DNA from: Heterodontus francisci
Taxonomy: Eukaryota
NCBI RefSeq assembly: GCF_036365525.1
Contig: NC_090379.1
Span: 93,109,206 to 93,173,205, forward strand
DNA: 64,000 nt
Direction: 5' to 3'
In this document: piece after piece, positions 51,322 to 64,000 of the stretch
How positions within the stretch are numbered: position 1 is the stretch's first letter
Layout: each line of letters begins with the position of its first letter
Position numbers and translations under genes: made by a program
Notes under the pieces: generated by a model
The model's database searches: none
The model's input: only the letters and a program-made list of their open reading frames with translations
Told to the model about the DNA's origin: nothing

Positions 51322-53170
51322 AAGAAGAAAAGACTCATTTATATAGCACCTTTTATGACCTCATGAATCCTAAAGTGCCTTCCAGTCAAATAAGCACTTT
51401 TGAATGATATCAAGAAACGATGATACTGCAAAGGCTATGGGCCCTGACAATATTCCGGCAATAGTACTGAAGACCTGTGCTCCAGAACTTGCTGCGCCCC
51501 TAGCCAAGCTGTTCCAGTACAGCTACAACACTGGCATCTACTTGGCAATGTGGAAAATTGCCCAGGTATGTCCTGTACACAAAAAGCAGTACAAATCTAA
51601 CCCGGCCAATTACCGCCCCGTCAGTCTACTCTCAATCATCAGTAAAGTGATGGAAGGTGTCATCGACAGTGCCATCAAACAGCACTTGCTTAGCAATAAC
51701 CTGCTCAGTGCCACTCAGTTTTGGGTTCCGTCAGGGCCACTCATCTCCTGACCTCATTACAGCCTTGGTTCAAACATGGACAAAAGAGGTGAAGTGAGAG
51801 TGACTGCACTTGACATCAAGGCAGCATTTGACCGAGTATGGCATCAAGGAGCCCTAGCAAAACTGAGGTCAATGGGAATCAGGGGGAAAACTCTCCGCTG
51901 GTTGGAGTCATACCTAGCGCAAAGGAAGATGGCTGTGGTTGTTGGAGGTCAATCATCTGAGCTCCAGGACATCACTGTAGGAGTTCCTCAGGGTAGTGTC
52001 CTAGGCCCAACCATCTTCAGCTGCTTCATCAATGACTTTCCTTCAATCATAAGGTCAGAAGTGGGGATGTTTGCACTGATGATTGCACAATGTTCAGCAC
52101 CATTCGTGACTCCTCAGATACTGAAGCAGTCGTGTAGAATTGCAGCAAGACCTGGACAATATCCAAGCATGGGCTGATAAGTAACATTCGCGCCACACAA
52201 GTGCCAGGCAATGACCATCTCCAACAAGGGAGAATCCAACCATCTCACCTTGACATTCAATGGCATTATGATTGCTGAAAACACAATATCAACATCCTAG
52301 GGGCTACCATTGACCAGAAACTGAACTGGAGTCGCCATATAAATACAGTGGCTACAAGAGCAGGTCAGAGGCTAGGAACCCTGCGGCGAGTAACTCACCT
52401 CCTGACTCCCCAAAGCCTATCCACAAGGCACAAGTCAGGAGTGTGATGGAATACTCTCAACTTGCCTGGATGGGAACAGCTCCAACAACACTCAAGAAGC
52501 TCGACACCATTCAGGACAAAGCAGCCCGCTTGATTGGCACCCCATCCACAAACATTCACTCCCTTTACCACCGACGCACTGTGGCAGCAGTGTGTACCAT
52601 CTACAAGATGTACTGCAGCAACGCACCAAGGCTCCTTAGACAGCACCTTCCAAACCCGCGACCTCGACCAACTAGAAGGACAAGGGCAGCAAATGCATTG
52701 GAACACCACCACCTACAAGTTCCCCTCCAAGTCACACACCATCCTGACTTGGAACTGTATCGCCGTTCCTTCACTGTCGCTGGGTCAAAATCCCAAAACT
52801 CCCTTCCTAACAGCACCGTGGGTCTACCTACCTCACAAGGACTGCAGCGGTTCAAGAAGGCAGCTCACCACCACCTTCTCAAGGGCAATTAGGGATGGGC
52901 AATAAATGCTGGCCTAGCCAGTGACGCCCACATCCATGCATGAATAAAAAAAAAGTGTAGTCACTGTTGTAATGTAGGAAATCTGGCAGCAAATTTGCGC
53001 ACAACAAGGCTTCACAAACAGCAATGTGATAGATGACCAGATCATTTTTTTAGTGATGTTGGTTGAGGGATAAATATTGGCCAGGAGACTGGGGAGAACT
53101 CCACTGCTATTCTTCAAAATAGTGCCTTGGGATCTTTTATGTCCACCTGAGAGGGCGGGCAGGTCCTTTG
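51322..53170 (-). mobile_element. DeuSINE split (51322-51404 and 52955-53170) by a LINE
   Basis: 'atttatatagcacctttt...cacttttgaa|gtgtagtcactgttgtaatgtaggaaa...aaatagtgccttgggatctttt' is contiguous once the LINE is removed. Confidence 0.8.
51405..52954 (+). mobile_element. CR1-superclade LINE (same family as 23035-24138), 5'-truncated
   Basis: KAMGPDNIP, NYRPVSLLSIISKVME, ALDIKAAFDRVWH, GVPQGSVLGPTIF, KKAAHHHLLKGN; poly(A) tail; frameshifts. Confidence 0.92.
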
Positions 53171-54504
53171 GTTTACCAAGACAAATGAGACTTAATATGA
53201 TGACTGAATATAAGTCAAATTCTGTTCTTATTGCATTGATGATTGGAATTTTACCAGTGTTTTGGAGATTGCATTGAGATACTGTTTGTTTTATGTGGAA
53301 ACAGAAAAACAGTTGACATGCACACAGTAGCAAAGTGCCGAGGACTCGCTATTATTCGGGCCCTTAGCTTACAGTGACTGGATAACTCAAATTCTGCTTT
53401 TACTATTTGAGATTCTCAGATGTTTACTAATATCTTGGGGATTGAATTCTGTTATCCGCCCATTTTTCCATTAAATACAAAAACCAGTGACTCTAATCAT
53501 AGTCCCCGATAGACAGTTTTAATACGTTTAATCAGTCCCTCCGGAGAGATCCCAGGGATCATAAAATACATCCAGAGAGATAGAATTCTCCTCACTACTC
53601 TAGAGAATTGCTCACATTTCAGGTCAGCAAGGGATTAGAGATCCTGAGGTATTGGTGTCCTGGGTGATTGGTAGGAGAGTCAGAATATAGTTTGTGTCAA
53701 CTGGTGCCCAGTGCCAATAAAAATAATCCCCAAGGTTGTGGCAGAGGCTGCTGATCAAAGGATGTTTAAATGTCAGTCATGCCAGTGCTAGGTCAATTCT
53801 GATGCTGACAATCATATATGGAAACCTTGGGCAGCAGGGAGAAAGACAGGGGAAAGAAAGAAAAACAGAGGATCCAGAGCATGTGAAAACAGATAGAGAA
53901 ACATTTTGGAGAAATAGAGAAAGCTGCAAAAAGAAAAGGAAAAAACACAAAAGGAGGATAGAGGATCAGAAAATGAAAGGAAAGAGAACAATCTGGCTAA
54001 AGGATCATCAGCAATCCCTTGTCTCGGATTGGCTTGCGGATGGCTGGGTGGAAGTGAGATGACAGCGTTGGCTGTGGGTTCACAGATGGTTGATGGTTCC
54101 TCTCTTAGCTGTGCAGGCTCTCCCACAGAGAGGACATTGGCTCTCGGCCGGTAGAGGTAGCGGTGGATTGTTGGCTCTAGCAGCTGTCCTCTCTTTCTGT
54201 CTCTCTCGCCATTCTCTCTCACTGGCTGCTCTTGTTGACTGGAAGGTCTTGACACCATTTTTGATGATGGATCGCCATTTTGGTCATGATTGGGCATCTG
54301 CTTCCCGTGTGTTGATATTACTAGAGCAGACCTTCATGGAGGCTTTGAGATTGAAGGATAAAGGAAAAGTAAGGAGTGCAGAGAAAAGGAACCAGAGCCA
54401 GAAATAAGTAGTATAAGAAAGCAGAAAGTAAAGTTTAATTAAACTGGAATGACTCTCCAAGAGAGACACGGGGGAAATGAAAGTAAATGGCAAATTCTAT
54501 CTTT

Positions 54505-55285
54505 GTTGCCAGGCTGAATGGATTCTCCATCTATTAAATAGCCCATCTGGGCCCATGAGAAGCTGAACTGTTTTACATTAGATATGGTCTTCTTTGTACA
54601 ACAGAAGGTAGAAACTATGTGAAGTTGGTGGAACCTTTGAAACAGGTGGGTTGAAATTGCTCTGTGCACTATTAATAACAAACATGTTAACACATTCATA
54701 TACATTCCTTTGCCCACTGTTTTAACTAAGGCATTCACGCATTTGCTGGGACAGCGGGTGGAGGAATTTCATACAAACTCAAGACTGCATTTGATACTAA
54801 TATTGTACAGTTCAATTTCAACCCAAAGAGTTGTTAATTAAGCAGCTAATATTTCCTTGTTTTCAAATCCCTAACAACCCAACTCTGATTTTGCATTCGG
54901 TTCCATTTTCTTTTGTACTCTGTATCTCTCTCTTTGAAGAAACATCAATTTATATTTGGAGCACTATATAAATATAAGTGTTGTGTTGTGGTAGTGGACA
55001 AGTGGTTTGCCAATGGCCAAATACCAGCAAGAGAAAGGAGCTTCGGGAAACAAGCAGTACTAACTTGAAGGAAGAGTAAATGAATAATAAAAGGAGAATC
55101 TCATGCTTTTTGCTAGGCTGAATGGATTCTCCATCTACTCAGGAGACCAGCTGGACTCAAGAGAAGAATGGGCTGTTTTACATTAGACATGGTCCTTTTT
55201 TTAAACAAACGGAGGGTAGGAACTATGTGAAGTTAGTGGAACCTTTGAAACAGGTGGGTTGAATTGCTCCATGCGGTATTAATAA
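54505..55285 (+). repeat. Diverged direct repeat of about 175 bp (54505-54678 and 55108-55285)
   Basis: Shared blocks 'aggctgaatggattctccatcta', 'ctgttttacattaga.atggtc', 'aactatgtgaagtt.gtggaacctttgaaacaggtgggttgaa', 'tattaataa'. Confidence 0.85.
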
Positions 55286-55492
55286 TGAAGGAAAATGGAA
55301 ATCAGAGACAGAAAAAAGATGCAAGAGAAAAATAGTGCAGTGAAAGTATAAATCTGTCAGTTATAATTGAAGATATCTAGTCAGTCAACCAACATAGAAA
55401 GTGGACAAGAACTAAAACCTACTCGAAGCAAGGCTGAACTTTGTTACTGCATAAGTAATGTTTGTTTTTCAGATTTCCTCAAGAGATTATGG

Positions 55493-56541
55493 TATTATGG
55501 ACAGGTGGAAAGTGATTGGGGTGGTTTCCCTCTTCACCTCTCAACTGACCGAAGACAGTGTGTTTTTATTAGAATTGTGTTTTAACCCTTGAGCGTTTTA
55601 ATGGTCAATAAACAGATAAATTACAGGTTTGCTCATAGGTCTAAAGAAAGATAAATGGTGATTAAACAAGATCCAAAAATATTAACAATCTCACCCACTC
55701 ATACATACACACACACATGCACACACACAAAATAGAGATTGAAAGATAGCATGAACTTAGGTCTGATAGTTGTGAAACCTTGCTTGTTTCCCTGGGAGGA
55801 AGATTTTAAAATGATGCAGGCCTGTTTTTCCTTTTTCCTGGTTCACTGATGTCAAAATTTGAAAAGTTTCAGCTGGACGGATGCTTTGGTTGCAAACTTC
55901 TTTGGTTAAATCTCAGTCACAGGTCAGTGGCAAAGATCCTGTTACCATTTCTCGGGTAGGGAGTTTCAAAGTCAACTTTGTCTCTGCCGCAAGGTAATTT
56001 AAAGATGGTATTCTGGCAGGGTCCTTCTTCTTGCTGGAATGGGTCTCTGTCTTCCTTCTGCCTTCTGGCTTTCTGCACAGAAAAATGTCTCTTATTAAAA
56101 TTCCTTATCAGATACTTTGTTTCTGTCAGGTGACTCAAGTTTCTCTCCCATTGTGTTTTCATAAATGGTTTGATGGTGTGACCATTGTTAGACAATGGTT
56201 TTGGATGTAGCTCATCTCTATGCCATCTTGATAAAGTGATGTATTTTCACATTCTTTATCCTGAGTTTGCTTCTGGAATCTCCATGTCTGAAAAGTCCAA
56301 CTGGTTGAAGAGGGGTAGCCATTAACATTGAATGGGCCATTTACATTTCTAATGCTTTCTTCAACACTTGACCAGACATGACGATTGATTCAGGGTTCCA
56401 GCAGTTACCATGTGTATCACAGTACAGGAGAGGTCACTTGACCTCTTACTCCATCTTGTTTTGCAGCAAAAGGTGTCCATTTAGAGTTCAATTCATCAAT
56501 TCATTTTATAGTTCATAATTTCTCCTTGCGTGAGAGTGACA
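55493..56541 (-). mobile_element. Long solo LTR
   Basis: T(A)TTATG...GTGACA termini; perfect 4-bp TSD ATGG (55489-55492, 56542-56545); (CA)n tract and layout like 2555-3392 and 25280-26567. Strand inferred by analogy. Confidence 0.7.
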
Positions 56542-58080
56542 ATGGGCAGACTAATATTATACACATCCCTCGTAAGAATATTACACCCGGGAAAGAAAGA
56601 CATAAATGAATTCCTTCAAAGAGATATGAAAAGTTTCTGAAAGGAATATTTCAATTGGACATGAGAAGCGAAAGTCAGTCATTCTGGTATGAGAGAAAGG
56701 ATAAATCTGTCTGGCTCTGTGTAGATTATATAAAATGTAAAAATTACTGAGAAACTTATCTGCTGCCATGAATTGAGGAAACTTTAGCAGCAGCAAAACC
56801 TTTCAACCTAAATCCTAGCAGGTGTCTGTCACAAGAGGAATTGAGTTTGCACGACTGGGAGAAAATTGCTTTTGCTACTTCAATAGGATTGTTCAATTGA
56901 ACTAGATATTGTTAAGAATGAGCAATGACCTAGGGACTATCCAATCATTTACCAAGTATTGACTATCCAATCGTTTCCTAAATGTTATCAATTCAATTGT
57001 TTACCAAGTGCAGTCTTTCCAATCATTTGCTGAGTGCTGTTGATTCAATCATTTAATGAGAAACTATATGAATGTACAACTTGCAATTACTGAGAATCAT
57101 TAACCCAAGTCATTGGCAAATTGAGGTGTGAATAAATGTGTAAGACCATCACCATTACACATCTAAATTCCCACTGGTCTGAATGTATATTTTTGCAAAT
57201 GTAGAATGCACAAATGCAAATTAATACTGTCAATAATAATCTACATAAAGAACAACTGGCTGCATGAAGTTTAAGGATTGCTGAGACAGAAAAAGAGCAT
57301 ACAGTTGGTCAGCAGTATCGACACCTCTATCCTGATATGTTAATGCCTCTTGGCAGTAGAAGATTAGCATCAGAAAACCAAAGTCATACTAGTCCCAATG
57401 CCAGACTGTCAGAGCAACAGGGTTTTGGTGCAGTCGCAACCCTTGTTCTTTGATGCCTTTTGTTGTATTTTATCAACATTTCAAGAAGCAGCAAGATGTT
57501 GGGATTCATGGTGCAGTGGATCTGCCCCATTTATATCAAATATGAGTTTTACAGCATGAGCCACACACAATGATCCAGGAGAATGCTTAATAGGCTGTAA
57601 TTAGCTGTAGCAAGGGTTAGTTAGGCTTTTCCTGCACCCTTCAGCTTAAATTTGTTTTGTCCTAAAAATTGCTAAATGTGTGAGATGAAAGCGGCATGGC
57701 AAGGACAACAGGGCATCTGGGATCTTGCTGAACTACTAGGCCTACAGTGTATTTCCTTAATGATTATGGATTGAAAAATAAACTGGGAAGGACTGTGATG
57801 GAGGGTGAATTACAATGGGTGAATTCAATGTCAAATCAGGTACAGCAAATGAAATAAAGAAATGGAAAAAAAAATTAGGTTAAGGGAGAGAGCAAGAAAG
57901 AGACAGAAAGGAGAAGTAGGAAAAAATGTTCTAAAATGTGACATTTTTAAAATTTCCAACAATTCACGACCTGATGGAATGAGACTCTACACTTTGAATT
58001 GTTCACTTTCTGCGCCAGAGAGGTTGATAGGCAGTCATTAACAATTATCCTATTGTAAAATCCCATTGCACTATTAATTA

Positions 58081-58410
58081 GGGCAGCACAGTGGTTAGCA
58101 CCACAGTCTCACAGCTCCAGTGACCCGGGTTCAGTTCTGGGTACTGCCTGTGCGGAGTTTGCAAGTTCTCTCTGTGACCGCGTGGGTTTCCGCCGGGTGC
58201 TCCGGTTTCCTCCCACAGCCAAAGACTTGTAGGTTGATAGGTAAATTGGCCATTGTAAATTGCCCCTAGTGTAGGTAGGAGAATGGCGGGGATGTGGTAG
58301 GGAATATGGGATTAATGTAGGATTAGTATAAATTGGTGGTTGTTGGTCAACATAGACTCGGTGGGCTGAAGGGCCTGTTTCAGTGCTGCATATCTAAATA
58401 AAATAAATAA
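58081..58410 (+). mobile_element. HE1-type V-SINE, full length
   Basis: Head 'gggcagcacagtggttagc...ccgggttcagtt', V-domain 'gcgtgggtttccgccgggtgctccggtttcctcccaca', CR1-like 3' hairpin and (TAAA)n tail. Confidence 0.92.
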
Positions 58411-58831
58411 TTACTAGATTTAAGTTTCGATGACGAGTTTCATGGGCAATTAATGTTCAAATGCAACAACTCATGTTGACGGTGAGATGCAGTTTTTGTG
58501 AAGCTAATGGCGGAGTGGCACAAATGGTCCAGCAACTTGTGACAATTTGTAATTCAAGGTGCATCTCTTCTGCGCCACAGGTTGCTGGCCGATTTGCACA
58601 TTAATAGTTGTGTGCATCATTCACATGCCATTAGTTTCTCAGCAATTTCTGGCCTAATATCTTTACTGTCAGACCCTTCCTGAGTTAGCAACAACTGCAC
58701 TGCTGGCCTGAGCACTCAGCCTACCTGCAACCAGAGAAAAGTTTGCATTGCTGACCCAGGGGTCCCTGTGGAAAATACCTGCTCATGGGAATCTTGGTGC
58801 CTCCAAAGGTAGCAGAGCCACCTACATTTAA

Positions 58832-59285
58832 AAGAGAAAAAAGCTTTCCATTCATATAGCACCTTTCACGACCTCAGGACATCTCAAAGTGCTTTATAGC
58901 CAATGAAATTCTTTTAAAGCGTAGTCACTGTTGTAATGTGAGAAACATGGCAGCCAATTTGTAGAAGTCAAGGCTCCACAAAGAGCAAGGAAATATATGA
59001 CCAGATTATCTGTTTTAGTGATGCTGCTTGAGAGATATTGTCCAGGACGCTGGGAAGAACTCTCCCGCTCTTCTTTGAAATAATGACATGTGATCTTAAT
59101 ACATTCAGCTAATAGGGCAGATAAAGCCTTCTTGTCTGAAGGACAGCATCTTCTGCCAGAGCAACACTCCCTTGGTTCTGCACTCTAATATCAGCCTAGC
59201 TTACATACTCAAATTTGTGGAGTGGGACTTCAAGCCACAACCTTCTGATTCCGAGGCAAAAGAGCTACCAACTGAGCTACAGCTG
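58832..59285 (-). mobile_element. DeuSINE, near full length
   Basis: Tail 'atatagcacctttcacgacctcaggac', Deu domain, and tRNA-like head 'ccacaaccttctgattc...ctaccaactgagctacagc'. Confidence 0.8.
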
Positions 59286-60021
59286 AACCCTACGCTTCAT
59301 GGCTCTGCCAACAAGATTAAGGCTGCTGTCAGTAGAAGTACGTACATGTAAAGGGGTCATGAGAAATGTATATATATTGGGAGTTAAAATGAATTAAAGA
59401 TTTAATAGACAGGAACTTTTCCTGTGAACTGTAACATGAGAATGATATTGGGAAATCTATCAGGATACAGCAAGTTAAAAGGTGAATCCAAGAGTACCAG
59501 TTATTCCACATTTGATAAACTTGAGCATTTCAATCACAATTAAATAATTCTCCTTCCAGCTCTCTCGTGCAACTTATTTTTGAGAGTTTTACTTAGTCAC
59601 TAAACTTAACCCCTGGGCTGCCAGGACCTGTAAAATAATGCATTCCCTCTGAGGCAGCTGTGTTTTTTTTTTAAATCAGGAATTTCCTACACCTGCAATA
59701 GACCATCCATTACAGGAATTCTCGGGATTAACCTCTGTGACCCATACATTTTTGGAAGGATCTGCAATCAGGTGGCATGTCTGAAATATGTGCTGGGTGT
59801 TAAATCCATATCAGTGTTGTAAAATGTTGCCATAAGGGCAAAGAAAAAGAGACTTTCCTTCAAACATTTTATTACTAACTGCTCCGGGTTTGGCTTAAAA
59901 TAAATGATCTTGTCAGCATGCCTGAAGAATTCTAATTAGGAGGAGAGTACTGGGAAAAGAAAAGAGAAAATGGTTGGGAAGGCTGAATTCAACTTTTTAC
60001 AAACCATTTTCCAAATAAGAA

Positions 60022-60360
60022 AGATAAAGAAGTTGCATTTATATAACGCCTTTGATGTCCGAATGTGCTTTATGGATGATGAAGTACTTTTGAAGTGTAG
60101 ACATTATTGTAATTCTGGAAACAGGGTACCCGATTTATCCACAGCAACCTCTCAACAAACAGCAATTAAATAAATGATCAGATCATCAGTTTTAGGTGAT
60201 GGTTGAGATATAAATGTTGGCCAGAATACCGGGAGAACTCCCTTGCTCTTCTTCAAGATGGGCCCTGGGACTTTTACCTGAGAGGGCAGACAGGGCTGGG
60301 TTTAACATCTCATCCAAATAATGGCACCTGCAAGAGTGCAGCACTCCACAATACTACTGT
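60022..60360 (-). mobile_element. DeuSINE fragment
   Basis: 'gaagtacttttgaagtgtagac', 'gggagaactcccttgctcttcttc', 'ggtttaacatctcatcc', 'gtgcagcactcc'. Confidence 0.7.
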
Positions 60361-61763
60361 GAACTTTTAAAGTATGTATTTTAGGAATGCAGCTACAGTA
60401 GGAGGGCTACTCCTGGCATCTGAACAGAATACTAACACCATAATATTAACCGATTTTTCAGTGTCACTTTATGTGAACTGAAATTCTTTTAAAAATGGCT
60501 AATGCAGGAAACCTAGAATTCCCCAGACTTGCCAGCAGCCTATTGATGATAAGGAAGGAAAAAAAGCACTCCCCTATCATTTAAATAGTTGCTTCACCAA
60601 TAAGAGCCTTTTGCAAATTATTCACAATGATTTGTTTTAACTTATATCTGTGTATCTGAAGCCACCAGGATGTAGCATTAATTGTCTTACCTCCAGTGCA
60701 TTATGGGTAGCATGACATCAGTGCAGTTAGCTTGTGTTGACTCAGCTCTGCTATAGAACTTTCCGTAAGATTTTAGCACATAAATAAAGCAGATATTTAA
60801 CATTGGTTTTATATAAATCAGCCTAAAATTTGTGGAAAGATCAATATCACAACTACAGAGCACCAGCTGGAGTTGGCCACAATGATCTCATCTTGTCCAT
60901 AGCTTCATATTCCTTGTTCATGGAATTTTTAGCTACTCAAAATTACCTCAACCTAGTGTTGTTTTAGTTGCTCTGGTGAAGTACAGTGGGAAACATAGCA
61001 AGTTTTTGCCTAGCTGACGATGCCACAATGTGCACTCCTTGTTGTTAAGCCAATTATCACAAAACTAGTCCCACTGTCCTAGCCTCATCGCACACATGAC
61101 AATAAAAATATAACTTTTAAATTGAAAGCCCAAGTAAAAAGCAGAACACCATTACGGCAGAAATGAGTAGGAGAGAAGACCAGATAAATAGTGATCAGGT
61201 AACACCAACTTGGGCTGTAAAAGCTTGTTGAGTGTAAGAGGAACAGAAAGCGGTGGCAAGAGTTCTGGGGAAAGAATGAGTTAGAATGAATGACGTACTG
61301 AATCTTCTGCCTAGAGCAGTAAGGATGCAGAGTGGAGGAAAAGTATCTAAGATGGTGCAGATATATCCGATACTTGGATGCAATCAATAAAGGCATCAAT
61401 AAAGTCATTAGAGTATTATAATGTCTGCTAACTTGTTAATTAAATATCACATTTCTCTGTTCATATTATGTTCCAATGAAGCGCTTTGGGAAATTTTCCC
61501 ACATTAAAGGCACTACATAAATGCAAGTTGTTGTTGTTGCTTACTATCGTGTTCACCCTGCACCCTCCCCTCCCCACCAGTCACTTCTCCTTTTATTTTA
61601 CTCCTTCTCATTAGGCGGCCTCACACAATGTACTTTGTAACACTTGAGTAGATAGTGTGACCTCGAGCATCTCCCAATATCTCTCTTAATTTTCACTTTC
61701 CCAGTGATCAGTCCTTTTCTTTCTTCCTTCTCCTGATCCTGGTTGAGATCTACCCCTCACCAG

Positions 61764-61925
61764 CAATGTTCCCTCTAAGCTGCAGGGCCAGGCAGCAACC
61801 TGATCATTCCCGTGCACAAGTCAGTCCCTTTAACTTAGGACGTGTGCACGGGCTGTGCAGAAAAAAAAAGGGCCCGCGCACTTAAACAAATTGCCTAGGC
61901 ATTACAAAAAAGAGAGGGTATGTTG
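61764..61925. mobile_element. hAT-type MITE
   Basis: Perfect 8-bp TSD CTCACCAG (61756-61763, 61926-61933); ends CAATGTTCCCTCT / AGAGGGTATGTTG. Confidence 0.82.
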
Positions 61926-62035
61926 CTCACCAGGCATCCAAACACAGGCACTTGACAGCAATCAGAGTAACAGTGAGGGCTTATTTCCCTCCGCCTCAGC
62001 CCAGGGATGGTGAGAGCAACTGGAGCTCAACCATT

Positions 62036-62759
62036 GGGCTGAATTTTACAGACCCCCGATGTCGGGATCGTGGTGGGGTGGGGGGGGGCCGGAAATTGCC
62101 TCTGACGCCAGGAAGGCCCAGCCCCCTATTGCCGGTGGTGGCGAGGCCTCGTGGGAGTCCAATTTAAATATGTTAATTCATGTGCATAAATTAATTGATT
62201 ACCGTCGCACTTCCATCGTCCATCCTGGAGCGATATTGGCGCCGGTGGCCGGCACTCCAAGGCGGAATACCGGTGGGGAGGGGGCAGCAGGTAAGTTTTT
62301 CACTGCAGGCTGGGGTGGTGGTGGGGAGTGGCATCAGAGTCATTTCATTGGTGTAGGGGATGGTGGGAAGGGGTAAAGTGTAAAGTTTATGAACTTTGGA
62401 GGGGGAAGGTTAGGTGCATGAGGTAAGTATTTTGTTGGTGGGGGGAGGGGGAGAGAGAGGGCAAGGAATTAAATCTATGTTTGTTGGGGGTGGAGGGGCA
62501 CGATCAATTAATTCAATTTTTCAAAATTTGTTTGCCTTTAAATATTTAAATGTAACAGTAGGGCTCGAAGCCCTTTAAAAATGGCATCAGCGACTGCGCA
62601 AAGGCAGCTGACGCCATTGCCGGGGTGGACTGCCCACCACCTCCCCCTGATCGGGGGGGTCACCTGTCCCAGCTATTTAAATGAGTCGCTGCATTTAATA
62701 TCGCGGTGGCTCCATGACGTGTGGTATGTCTGCAGTGGAGGGAATGTAAAATGTAGCCC
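62036..62759. mobile_element. PIF/Harbinger-type MITE
   Basis: TIRs GGGCTGAATTTTAC / GTAAAATGTAGCCC; flanks ATT/ACT; related to 41436-42252 in the opposite orientation. Confidence 0.8.
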
Positions 62760-63124
62760 ACTGCCTTCTGGCTGAGACTAGCTAAAGGACAGGTAGGGCC
62801 TGAGACTGGGACCTTCCTGATCTGTATGACTGGGCAGTGCGTTTTCCATATTTTGGATAAATAGGCAGAGAAACTGTTAGATAAAGATGCTGAGTGCCAA
62901 CAATTTCTAAGAATTTATTGTTTAACAAAGACGCCACTCTGCTATTAAGGCAGGGTAGTACTAGATTCTCTAAAGTGATGGTCTCAGTTTGTTTTGCAAT
63001 TTTATAAATGTCTTGAATTTTAAAAAGTCTCTCTCACACCATCCACTGGGAGATGTACCTTTCATCCGGCTGCTGGTTGTCAATTCAGTACTTTGTTTCC
63101 TTTATGCAGCTGTAGTTTTGAGCC

Positions 63125-63570
63125 TCCTAAACATTAGAATCTGCAAAAAAGTGTCCAACAAGTGGAAGCGATTTCTCCACATCCACCCTATCACACCCTT
63201 TCATCATTATAAAGGCCTCTATCAGGTCTCCTCTTAGTCCAGTCTTTTCCAAAGAAAAATAACCCAGCCTGCTTACCTGATAGTTGCCTCCTTTTAATAC
63301 TGGCAACATCCCTGTAAATCTTTTCCTCAGTGCTTCAATATCCTTTTTATAGTACAGATATCAGAACTGCACACAGTGTGGCCTAACAATGATTCAACAT
63401 AAATGTAACATTACCTCTTTGCTTTTGTATTCCTCTAGAAATGAGCCTCAGTACTTTGTTTACACTTTGTGGCCTTACCAACTTGTGTTGCTATTTTTAA
63501 TAATATCGCATTCCCAGAACATTTGTGCTCCTTTTACCTCCTTATTCCTCCTACCAAAATGAACCACCTC
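63125..63570 (-). mobile_element. Decayed CR1 3' fragment
   Basis: RLGYFSLEKTGLRGDLIEAFIMMKGCDRVDVEK. Confidence 0.78.
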
Positions 63571-64000
63571 AAACAGCAGACTGAGCCACTCTCAAATGTG
63601 TTTGTGGATTTATAGGTTGCAAAGTATTTTTTCTTTTAAATTCAGAACCCTAGGCAAAAGGACCGGTATCACAGTATAGGTCCCAAACAAAAGTTGAAAA
63701 GGAAAAGGCAAAAGAAGTAATGGGCAGTGGGCACCTAGTTTCGGATTTACAACCCTGTGGGTTGCAGGAGGAAGGGAAAAGGCTAAGTGAGGCAAGGAAT
63801 CCCCTAGTTTAGAGATCCTGGGAAAAGAATGAGTTAAGAGTCAGAGGCATTGCAACAAGTCCTGATTTCAAAATTAGTCAGTAAAGTTAAGTTGGGATTC
63901 TCTGGAAAGCCACCTGCAGATATTCTGAAGTCATTTTATCTGCGCACAATCGGGCCAAAACTCATTTGTACAAATGGTTTAATTGATGCAGAACAGATTC

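Noticed and set aside
53736-54407. Lys/Arg-rich and antisense ORFs
   Set aside because: Explained by purine-rich low complexity; no domain recognised.
57659-58654. Possible MITE surrounding the V-SINE
   Set aside because: Only weak terminal similarity (cctaaaaattgct / agcaatttctggcc) and no clear TSD.

Overview
Vertebrate genomic DNA, most likely a shark or other cartilaginous fish, judging from the HE1-type V-SINEs, DeuSINEs, CR1 and L2 LINEs and Penelope-like termini. The window is intergenic or intronic: I found no intact host protein-coding exon, and nearly all long ORFs are LINE or LTR remnants or chance frames. The stand-out is a minus-strand Gypsy (Mag-type) LTR retrotransposon remnant at about 12635-15543. 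It reads LTR, PBS, gag, protease and then runs directly into an intron-less Myc-family C-terminal sequence (MBIIIb, MBIV, NLS, bHLH-zipper) where RT, RNaseH and integrase would normally be. This resembles gag-myc oncogene capture, but the copy is now pseudogenised and its 3' end is deleted. Other content: a full-span sister Gypsy element with both LTRs and a TSD (20600-27903), a four-level nest (SINE > solo LTR > RTE > CR1, 30868-35684), Penelope-type fold-back inserts with minimal hammerhead ribozyme motifs, hAT and Harbinger MITEs with TSDs, and a tRNA-Lys pseudogene. Boundaries of decayed LINE and SINE fragments are approximate, and family names come from motif recognition, not database searches.
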